Below, one piece after another: positions 27,101-36,220 of a DNA stretch of 64,000 nt; position 1 is the first letter of the stretch; the number at the start of each line of letters is the position of its first letter. A program made the translations under genes and the position numbers. The DNA comes from Phyllosticta citribraziliensis (taxonomy: Eukaryota): positions 248,001 through 312,000 of the forward strand of contig NW_027117345.1 of the NCBI RefSeq assembly GCF_038025025.1. Reading direction: 5' to 3'. The notes below the pieces were generated by a model, which saw only the letters and a program-made list of their open reading frames with translations, made no database searches and was not told the DNA's origin.

Positions 27101-28022
27101 AGTGGATTAGTGATGGGATCGCGAGTGCGGCGTGGGTTGCGATCGTTGAGTTGATGGAAGGCAGAGGTCACGAACAGTCGGAACAAAACGATGGGGTGGT
27201 GGTAGTGCTGGAAAGAATTTGCATCATGCTGAAGTGAGGCGCGGTTTGGCAGCTACATACCTAGGTAGCTGGTGTAGCTTGCCTCGTTCTAACATCCTTT
27301 TCTTCTTCTACCTCTCCCTCTTTATCCTTCGTCGCCCTCTTCCTCTTCTTCCTCGTCTCTTCTTTCCTTGACCGTGTATCTATCTATCCATCTATCCGTG
27401 CGTCATGTGCTGTTCAGTTAGCGGAGAGGACTCGACGGGAGGCAGCAGTGTTAAAATGCGATATCATTCATCCATCATCTATTGATGCGTCTGCCATATC
27501 GCTGACCAATGAAGTGAACGGTTGCCAAAGACGAAGAGTGGAAGAAGTCCGCGATGACAGAAACATCATTCCGCCGCTCAACCACGTCCGTTTCTTCCAC
27601 TTTATGTGAGGCTAATGTGGTGGGCAGTGTCAGTCTGCGGAAGTAGGTGAACGGGCATCACTTTAGCGAAGGTGGAGAGAGGCGGATGGACGGTTCGCTG
27701 CGCAAGGTTTGGAAAGGTGGATTGGCACTTTATGAGCTTTCTTTTGCTTTGTTCAATGTAGAGTAAGTGACTTGGCAGCGGAGCTCTGCGTAGAGCACTA
27801 CAGCTTCTCGCCATCTTGCAGACCTCCTCTTTCTCCTCTCCTCTCCTTTCGTTTTCCAGCAAATCAAAGCACCCCCTTTCGCCAGAGAGCCAGTCAAAAT
27901 ATCAACGCTCCTCCATGTCTCGATCCTTTTGTAGATGGCAGCGCACCCCCCCGGCACCGACCAAACCAACGCCTAAAATGCAACGCAAAAATGCAAGATT
28001 CGTCGTGGGTATCAGAGCTTTC

Positions 28023-29322
28023 TCAAAAAACATCATCCATATTGACATCGCCGCCAACAGCACCAGCACCAGCCACGGCGGCGGCCGCCGCCCCCTGCGT
28101 CGCCACCTCTGGCGCCTCAGTCGCCGCCAGCTCATCCTGCACGAACACGGTGAAGCCGGCAAACGCGTCGCACAGCGCGCGCGAGTAGTACTCTCTGAAG
28201 TCATACCCGCCGGCGACGGCCGCCGGGACGGCCTTGGCGAAGTTGTCCAGGAAGTCCCAGTCGTAGCGGTCCTTGAGCACCGTGAACTGGCGCGCGTCCG
28301 TGTCGCCGTCGAAGGGGTCGAATGGCTTCTCCGGTTCCTTGGGGAGGCGTTTCTTGAGGCCCTTGATCTGGAAGCCGGGGGCGCCGTTGGACGGGGGCGC
28401 GGAGGCCGCGTTGGCAGAGGGGCGGGACGACGCCGCCGTCGCCGAGGGCGGCATGGGCGAGGAGCCTGACGCCCGCGTCGCCATGGCGCGCTTGAGATGC
28501 ACCTGTGTGATCTTGTTTGCGTCGCCCTGGCCCGACGCCAGCTGGTTGAGCACGTCGCGCCGGCCCTCGAGGCGCTCGCGCGCCAGGGCCTCGTCTTCGC
28601 GCACGGCGGCCTCGCGGCGCAGTCTTGTTTGCTCCTTTTCTTCGGCTTGTGCCGCTTCCCATGCGCTGGCCTCTTCTTCGGCGAGCGACGCGTTTTCCTT
28701 GATCGAGCCCGCGTTGGACTCGGCGTACTGGCGCAGCTTGGCCTCGGCGGCTTCGACGTTGATGCGGTAGATCAGGTCGTACGTCACGTCTTCGACGTCG
28801 TTGAGGTAGTTGTTGTAGTCCTGGACGGACTCGAATTCGTCCTCTCGCCGGTTGAAGCTGCGCAAAGTTAGGATTATGGCTTTGTTTGAGAGGGCGTGGC
28901 GAGGCTCACACTGCAGCCACTCGCCGCCGAATGTCGACTTCTCTTTCAATCTCCACATCTTCAAACGTCTTTTTCCTGAACCGATTCTTCCGCAGCGTCT
29001 TGCTGCAGCCCGCGACTCTACACGGGGCCGGGCCATGCGAGTATATCCGATCGACGCAGCTCTCGCACATCTGGTGGTAGCACTCGGGATTGATGAGGAA
29101 GCGCATGTTTGGATTGAGGTAGCGAGACGACTTGCACACGGGGCAAATGTCTATATCATCAACAAACTGGTTAGCAGGGGGAACTTCGTCGTCATCAACG
29201 GAGAGAGCTTCTTGAAGGCGCAAGCTGGAGAGGTGGGCTTGGAGGAGCTGAAGCTCACCGCCGTCCTCAACCGGTCCTTTGACAGCCGTCGCACCGCTCT
29301 CGCGACGCGCTGCTCGAGACAT
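28023..29322 (-). CDS. TFB3: CDK-activating kinase assembly factor MAT1 / TFIIH subunit Tfb3; two introns
   Basis: RING DICPVCKSSRYLNPNMRFLINPECYHQMCESCVDRIY...CRVAGC, then FEDVEIEREVDIRRRV / FNRREDEF...YNNYLNDVED and the C-terminal AGGY...YYSRAL.DAF. Confidence 0.95.
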
Positions 29323-29568
29323 TGTTGAGGGAGTTATGTGAAGCAGGAGGACCGCGAGGGTCGTGCGGTCTGGGGTCCGAGTCGGGTGGGAGTCGATGTG
29401 CGGTGTGAAGTGGAGCTCCAACGTCGGGAGTGGAGGTGCACTTTGGCGGAGCGCGGGTGGCGTCAGCCAAGCCGCAGTCCGCTCGGTCTTCCGCCGTCAG
29501 TTTTTCGCGACCATACTTCCGTCACTCTGACTCTTTACGCGCTCTCTCTTCACACATCGCCAAACAAA

Positions 29569-31671
29569 ATGGCTCAGACAGCCCCGATGAGCGCAGAGTC
29601 CCGCAACCATCTCAGCGACCTCGAGCGCCAACGTTTGCGCCTCGAAGATCAACTGGAACAGCTCCGCAAGTCACTTCGACACTGGCAAACGTGGGACGCC
29701 GAATATGAAGGGCTGAAGGAAGAGATCCAGGCGCTTCAAGAGAAGGACAATGGCGAGCCATCTGCGGACCAAATTCTGGCGGCCGGCCGCGAATTTGACG
29801 GCGAACTAGTCAACGAAAAGGAAATCCGCGAACTGCTCGGAACCAACCAACAGCGCACCGCCGGACAAGTGATTGACGTTATTAGTCGGCGCCAGGAATA
29901 CGTGCAGCAAAATGTCGCGACCGTGCAAAAGCAGGTGGAGGCCACCGAGGACCGGCTGAACAAGGTCCTCATCATCAGCAGTCCGAGCTTGCAGGACGAG
30001 GAAGGCGGGCCGTTGATGGACATACGAGAGGAGCTGGATGAAGAAGGCAACGTGCTCACGAGCTCGATTCACAAGGCGGGAGAGTCAGCACCTAGAATTG
30101 TCGAGGCACTACGAAAAGCTGGAATCACGGATTTGCAGGGAGACGAGAACAAGCAAACGGGAGATGAGAAAGAGGATGCAGGCAAAGATGCAGACAAGGG
30201 CAAGAGCCGCGCCACACCATGGGAACCAGCACCGCCGCCATCAGACAAAATCCACATCGACCTCAGCAAACTAGCAGAGGCGGACGGGTCGAGCAAGCCC
30301 TTCGGAGACGCCTCGACTCAGCCATCACCAACAGGCGAGGAGCCGCGGAGAAAAAAGTCGGTCACCTTCACACCAGACACCAAACCGCCAGCAGAAGAGA
30401 AACCCGCCCCTCCCAAGCCCGCAGCAGCAGCTCCCGAACCCGTCAAAGCAAAGAGTCCGCTCTCGTCGTACGCCAACTTCAAGCCGGGCAGCCGCATCGT
30501 CGAGCTCGACGACGACGACCGCGTCGTCAACGCCGAGCGCGCCGGCGTCGTCGCCCCCGTCATCCCGGACAACGAAACGCCCGAGGAAGCGGCGCTGCGG
30601 CGCGAGATGCTCGAGTACAGCCTCAACGAAGTGGGCAGCGTAGTCGCCGAGCTCGACCTGTACGACGGCACGGACGACGACGACGAGGAGGAATGGGAGG
30701 ACGAAGCAGACGACGACTTTGCGGAGGACGATGAAGACGAGGAGATGGAGGAAGACGAATGGGGTCGCAGCCGGCCCAGCGTATCTGCCGACTACGTCGC
30801 CAAGATGCGCGAGCTGGAGGAGAAGCTGAACGCGCGCATGATGGAAAACGTGGGCCCAGTCGAACCGGCCGACGCCGACGTCAACGAGGTGCTGCAGCAG
30901 GCGCAGGGCTTCCACCGGCTGCGCGTGCAAACAGACGAGCAGATCCCGCCGGCGCTGCTGCCCAGAGCGCCGTCGCAGACGCAACGGCACGATTCGCCGC
31001 TGCAGAGTACGCCGACGACGACGACGCTCTCGCCGACGACGGAGAAGAAGGTCACGTTTGCGGATGAGGTGGATGTTGCGCCGACGACGTCTGCTGTGGC
31101 TGCGGGCGATTCTGATACTGGTTCGAAATCGGCATCGTCACCACCACCATCGCAACCAGCTGTCACGCCCGTCTCCGACGCGGTCATCGAGCGCAGCACT
31201 TCTTCCTCTACACCACAACAGCCGCAGCAAGAACCCACCACGACGACCAAAAAGCGGCCCTCGCGCTTCAAATCATCTCGCGCCGCCACACCCACGACAC
31301 CCACCACGCCCACACCACCAACGCACGCCACAATCGCCTCCACAATCCTCGAACGACCATCCACCACCACCACCACCACCACCACCACCAACGACGACGA
31401 AGACGACGCTGCCCTCTCCCCGCAAACCCTCTCCACAGAGCTAATGACGCAGTACCACCGCGCGCGCAACACGCACATCAGCAAGCAGCCGGGCGGATTC
31501 ATGGCGCGCGAGGGCGAGGCGACGGGCGGCGTCGTCGGCGCGGATGGCAGCGGCGCGGACGCGGGGGATTTGGTCGAGGAGATGGGCGACGGGAGCGTGA
31601 GGCGGGTGAGTCGGTTTAAGGCGGCGAGGGTTCGGGGGGTGTCGGGGGAGCATGGGCAGGGTGGGGCGTAA
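29569..31671 (+). CDS. BUD27: Unconventional prefoldin RPB5-interactor (Bud27/URI)-like protein
   Basis: N-terminal prefoldin-like coiled coil (SLRHWQTWDAEYEGLKEEI...VISRRQEYVQQNV), PLMDIREELDEEGNV, acidic tract, KKVTF motifs and the C-terminal SRFK boxes (KKRPSRFKSSR, RRVSRFKAAR). Single exon. Confidence 0.75.
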   Translation: MAQTAPMSAESRNHLSDLERQRLRLEDQLEQLRKSLRHWQTWDAEYEGLKEEIQALQEKDNGEPSADQILAAGREFDGELVNEKEIRELLGTNQQRTAGQVIDVISRRQEYVQQNVATVQKQVEATEDRLNKVLIISSPSLQDEEGGPLMDIREELDEEGNVLTSSIHKAGESAPRIVEALRKAGITDLQGDENKQTGDEKEDAGKDADKGKSRATPWEPAPPPSDKIHIDLSKLAEADGSSKPFGDASTQPSPTGEEPRRKKSVTFTPDTKPPAEEKPAPPKPAAAAPEPVKAKSPLSSYANFKPGSRIVELDDDDRVVNAERAGVVAPVIPDNETPEEAALRREMLEYSLNEVGSVVAELDLYDGTDDDDEEEWEDEADDDFAEDDEDEEMEEDEWGRSRPSVSADYVAKMRELEEKLNARMMENVGPVEPADADVNEVLQQAQGFHRLRVQTDEQIPPALLPRAPSQTQRHDSPLQSTPTTTTLSPTTEKKVTFADEVDVAPTTSAVAAGDSDTGSKSASSPPPSQPAVTPVSDAVIERSTSSSTPQQPQQEPTTTTKKRPSRFKSSRAATPTTPTTPTPPTHATIASTILERPSTTTTTTTTTNDDEDDAALSPQTLSTELMTQYHRARNTHISKQPGGFMAREGEATGGVVGADGSGADAGDLVEEMGDGSVRRVSRFKAARVRGVSGEHGQGGA

Positions 31672-32179
31672 GGAGTACGGTACAGGCACCCAGGGAATGG
31701 GAGAGAGGAAGAGGTTGGAATGGATGTGTAGCGCACGGTAGTATGTATGGTAGATACCTACCTAGCATGAGAGAGCACGGCAGCAGCTACCTACCTACCC
31801 ATCTTCCAAAGAACGATACCCAAGACATTAGACACGACGGCATCCAATTTGTGCCGTCATCTCCTTCTTCTCCCACTACAACAGCCACCTCACATCCCAT
31901 CACTGACTTGGCCAAGCGGCAGGGCCACGAAAGAAAGGGGCACGAGTATTGCGCGCGCGCTCATCGGCAAACGACCACAAGGCGGAAAGCAGATAGACTG
32001 AGAAAACGGAGAAAAACGCCAAGTGATGCAAAACACCAACGCGCAAGAAAAGCGCCAGCAATTTTTGTCCAGCAGCAGACAGACCCCCAAAAAGAGAGAG
32101 AGAGAGAGAAAAGGAGACGACTAAAAGACGACAGGATGATGATCCGTCTCAACAGTCAAAAGTAGTGGTGTACAAATTC

Positions 32180-32209
32180 AAAAAAAAAAAAAGAAAAAAA
32201 AAAAAAAAA
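32180..32209. repeat. Poly(A) tract between convergent genes
   Basis: About 30 nt A run with one G interruption. Confidence 0.9.
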
Positions 32210-32460
32210 CGCCTGCCTGCGCCTGCGCTCCTCCGCTTCGTCCAACCAATGTGGTACGTAGGGTAGTCAAACAAGTAACACCGAGTACGCTCGCTCTGCT
32301 CGCAGGATATATCAGCTTGAATCCAACCAAGGTGTAACTGCCCAATCAATTTTGCAAAGCCCAAACGAAAACGAAAACGAAACAATGACAACCGGTAAAG
32401 ATCAGACGGGACGAGAGAGAGAGACGAGGCGTGACAGACTGACAGACTGACAACGAGCCG

Positions 32461-34305
32461 TCAATTCAGCACCTTGGTCCGCATCCACTCGCTCGTGCCG
32501 ACGCCCAGATTGAGGCCGTTGCGCGCCCACCAGCGGCGGACCTCGTCGCCCTTGGCGCCCTCGACGCCGTCCTCGAGCGCCTCCTCGATGTCGCACGTCT
32601 TGTACTCGACGCGCAGGCCGCTGCGCTTCCACCACTCGAGCACGTCGCGGTGGCCCATCTTGGTCGCGCCGACGAGCACCTGGTTGTCGTAGATCATCTT
32701 CTCGCCGTGCAGCGACGCCCAGAAGGAGAGGATGGACACGTGCCCGTGAGTCGAGGCGAGCTTGGCGACTGTGTCTTCGTGGCTGAAGGGGATGCTCGAT
32801 GTGACCCACCAGCGCAGAGTCGAGAGGGAGCCGGCCTGCGTCGCAAAGGCGATGGACTTGCCGGGTTTGAGGCGGAGCGGTCGACGCGTATTTGAGAGGG
32901 CAGTGGCAGCAGCGAGTGTGCAAGATGATGACGAGGCGCTAGTCGGGGGCAGGCGGTGACGAGGAGCCACAGAGCTTGCGCGACTGGCTGGTGTGCTGGC
33001 CGTATCACTCTCCGAATCGTCGCCCGACTCTCTGGTGGTGAGGGGTCGCCGGTCCGGACCACGCATGCTGGCCTGCTTCCACCATTCGAGCACTTCAATT
33101 TGGCCCTGCGAGCTGGCTTGCTCAAGAGCCGCCTCAGTGTATTTTGGCGGCAAACCAGAATTGCGCCACCATTCAAGCACGTGCACGAAGCCTGCGCGGC
33201 TGGCACCGTCAATTGCGTCGACCGTGTATTCCTTGTTCAAAAAGGTCGGCGACGTACGCCAATAATCCAGGAGCTCGACGCGTCCGAAAACAGCCGAGGC
33301 TTTGTCAGGCAGGAATGCGTGGCCAAAGGTGGCCCAGAAGAGGTCCTTGTGGTGGGTCTCGAGGTACGAGAGAAGCGGGACCATGGCGAAGCGCATGATG
33401 ATGCGTATGGCCTGGCGTGACAGCCATGATGGCGCGGGGTTGTTGTCGAAGAGGGATCTGATGTCATCGAGGTTGCCCGAGAGAATGGCCCACTCGAGCT
33501 TCTCCATAAATGTTTGCGGACCCTCGTTGCTAGTGTGGCGTGACCATAGCGGGGGTGTCGGCAGAGTGGTGTAAACGTCGAGGGCGCGTGCGAGCTCCCA
33601 GTCGCCGGCAAAGTCTAGGATCATGGACCAAATTTCGGGAGGCAGCGTTCGCGCTGTCTTGGTCGTCGAAGCCAAGGACATGTTGGGCTTTGGGGAGTGT
33701 CCCAGGGGGAGGGTCAAGTCTTGACCAAGAGACATGAGGTCCAGCTGGTTCTGGATGGCGCCCATGAGTTCATGTTTGCCCTCCCACGAAATGAACCGCT
33801 TGCCGGGGCCAGGATCAAACGTCCACAGCAGCGGTTGCAGCACCCGCATCCAGTTCCACTTGCGTCTTATCTTGCTGAGCTGCTTCTTTGTCATGGGGTT
33901 TTCCCACATCAAGGTAGACATGGCCAATACCAGCAGGGTGCGCTTAGACACGTCCCAGCCGCGCAAGACTTCGAGGATCAGATTATCAGTCATGCCGTGT
34001 AGCATCTTGGCGAGGGTGTTGGCATCGACGGGAGCGAGGACGAGCATATCGGCCCATGCGCAGAGCTCGACGGCGGCCTGGGCGACGTGGTCATGGCTGG
34101 CAAAGGGCGAACAGGGGCGAGAAGGGTCGGTTGAGACATTGACGAGGGAGGTTGTTTGCGGAGAGCGGAGAGGAGGGTTGACGATTGATCGGACGGCAAT
34201 GTTGTCGCGTGTGGAGAGGGTGTGGAGGAAGGGGTCGAGGATGGGCGAAGAGACGGTCGAGGCGACGAGGATGCGCAGAGCACGCGAGCTCTCTGGCGGA
34301 GGCAT
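32461..34305 (-). CDS. HFCD/PPC-decarboxylase-like flavoprotein domain + F-box-like motif + ankyrin-like repeats
   Basis: ELCAWADMLVLAPVDANTLAKMLHGMTDNL...RGWD...AMSTLMWENPMT (Hal3/CoaC fold), LPPEIWSMILDF (F-box-like), and about six A-x-x-x-G-x-x-x-x-L-x-W-W repeats. Intronless ORF; start taken at MPPPESS (34305). Confidence 0.85.
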   Translation of the reverse strand: MPPPESSRALRILVASTVSSPILDPFLHTLSTRDNIAVRSIVNPPLRSPQTTSLVNVSTDPSRPCSPFASHDHVAQAAVELCAWADMLVLAPVDANTLAKMLHGMTDNLILEVLRGWDVSKRTLLVLAMSTLMWENPMTKKQLSKIRRKWNWMRVLQPLLWTFDPGPGKRFISWEGKHELMGAIQNQLDLMSLGQDLTLPLGHSPKPNMSLASTTKTARTLPPEIWSMILDFAGDWELARALDVYTTLPTPPLWSRHTSNEGPQTFMEKLEWAILSGNLDDIRSLFDNNPAPSWLSRQAIRIIMRFAMVPLLSYLETHHKDLFWATFGHAFLPDKASAVFGRVELLDYWRTSPTFLNKEYTVDAIDGASRAGFVHVLEWWRNSGLPPKYTEAALEQASSQGQIEVLEWWKQASMRGPDRRPLTTRESGDDSESDTASTPASRASSVAPRHRLPPTSASSSSCTLAAATALSNTRRPLRLKPGKSIAFATQAGSLSTLRWWVTSSIPFSHEDTVAKLASTHGHVSILSFWASLHGEKMIYDNQVLVGATKMGHRDVLEWWKRSGLRVEYKTCDIEEALEDGVEGAKGDEVRRWWARNGLNLGVGTSEWMRTKVLN

Positions 34306-34544
34306 CAGGGAGGGAAAGGGAAAATGGAGGAGGAGGAGACGCGAGGTTGAGGTTGAAGGGCCATGTCGGATGTGGGATCGGGTTCGTTCAGTTGGCTGTG
34401 ATGATGACGGCGGAGCGCAGGCCGGGGGGACAGCCGTGGATAAGCGCGCTGCCGTGCGGTGGGTGCGGTGGGTGGTTACATAATTCGGGGTGTGCCCACT
34501 CCCTGCCATGCCCCACCGTGGCAGATTCAGGCCACGAACAGCCA

Positions 34545-34565
34545 GGGCCAGGGCCAGGGCCAGGG
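34545..34565 (+). repeat. (GGGCCA)n hexamer repeat, canonical G-quadruplex pattern
   Basis: GGGCCAGGGCCAGGGCCAGGG: four G3 tracts with 3-nt loops. Confidence 0.75.
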
Positions 34566-35284
34566 CCAGAGCACAAGGGACGGACGGGAGGCGAGATGGG
34601 ATTTTGCAAAACTGCACTGGGTGGAGAGAGCCCCAGGCCACGACATCCCATTGCGCCATGCCGTGGCTTGGTCGTGGTTGGACTGATCAAACTGCCCAAT
34701 GCAGGCGCTGCTGACTCGAACGGCGGCATGAATGCAGCGTTGGTTTGGTTTCGATTCTCCGCTGTATGTAGGCGGTGCTGGTGGTGCTGCAAATGTCTCA
34801 TCAAGCCACTGCTTTGTTTCTTCAATCGATGCTGATCATGGTGGCGCTGTCATCGACATTGAATAGTGGGGACGGGGACGCGGACGGGGTCATGGTCATG
34901 GTCGCCACCCCCCCAGACCAGACGTGATGGATTAATCCACACCTTCGTGCCACCATCCCTTCTGCATCCCAGCGCCAGCAGAGACATGGTCGTCCTCGTA
35001 CCATCATGATGATCGTGGCGGCCGCGCTTTCGCTGTGGCTGACGCTGACTGCAACGAGCTACGAGTAGCACTCGACGCCCCCGTCCGGCCCATCAGTGCT
35101 CTCTCTTTGTTGCGTCCCCAGGTACATAGCGTACTTCTTTTTTTTAGTCGCCGCTTGCTCGCCTGTCCTGCCCTGCCTGTCTGCCTGTCTGCCTGTCTGC
35201 CTGCCTGGGCCCTGCAGTGCCTGGCGCCCTCTGTCTGTGTACCTACCTATCCAGTCTCTCTGCTTTTTCACCATTGCCACCGCG

Positions 35285-35311
35285 CCCTCGCCCTCGCCCT
35301 CGCCCTCGCCC
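35285..35311 (-). repeat. (GGGCGA)n hexamer repeat on the minus strand, canonical G-quadruplex pattern
   Basis: Plus strand (CCCTCG)n gives five G3 tracts on the minus strand. Confidence 0.75.
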
Positions 35312-36220
35312 TCGCCTTCGCCTTCGCCCTTCTTTACACCATCCCCCCAACCACCTACCGTACCTACTGTACCTCTCCCTCTTCTGCTGTCACGGACGTC
35401 GTCTGGCCGCCGCCGCCGCCCCGAACCACACGCCTCACACGTCGTCCACCCACACGTGCCAGTGGTACCCACACCATCATCATCGTCCTTCCGTTCCGTC
35501 GCCGCCTCCACCGGCAGTCTCAGCTGTTTCCATTTGCGCCAGCTGACCCGACCTACCTACAACTCAAAGCTATCCATCTGCTCTTCAACCGACACTTTTT
35601 CTCCATCTCCACGCATCCCACCCTCTTCCGCCTGCCCACTGACTCGAGACACGTCGACGTCACTGCCGTTTCCGGCGCCCTTCCTTTGCTGTCCACCGTC
35701 AGGTTTACCCTTCGCAGTCGCCGCCCACCAAGTCGCATCGCCGCGCCGACGTCAGCTTGCGCCCATTGCCTCGACCGCGACATCGTCCACCTCACGTCCA
35801 CACTCTCCCCGGGCCTTGCCTCTTCTCCAGACTCCGCTGCAACGACCAAAAGCTCCGCCTTCGACGCTTCCCCCCCCCCACTTCATCCCGCGAGAGCGCG
35901 ACTGTGCTCGCCCTAAATATACGGCTCTAGGCCCTTCTCCTGCGGAACCTCTCAAGGCTCGGCGACACGACTGCCTCTGCCCTCGGCCCTTCTCGATCGT
36001 GTCCTGCGTGGTACAATTCTGCAGCTTGTAATGCGGCCGACACACTGATATTTTTCATACTTCTATTGCGCTCAAGGTATGGCCCGCTCGCTCGCCTGTC
36101 GCCACCCCTGTCATGGTGATTTCTCGCAACCACAACCCCGTCCCTGCTGACTCGACGCTCCCTTGGCGCTAACAACCCTCTGCAGTTTATGCTGCAACGC
36201 ACCTCTTGGGCTAGCATCCC

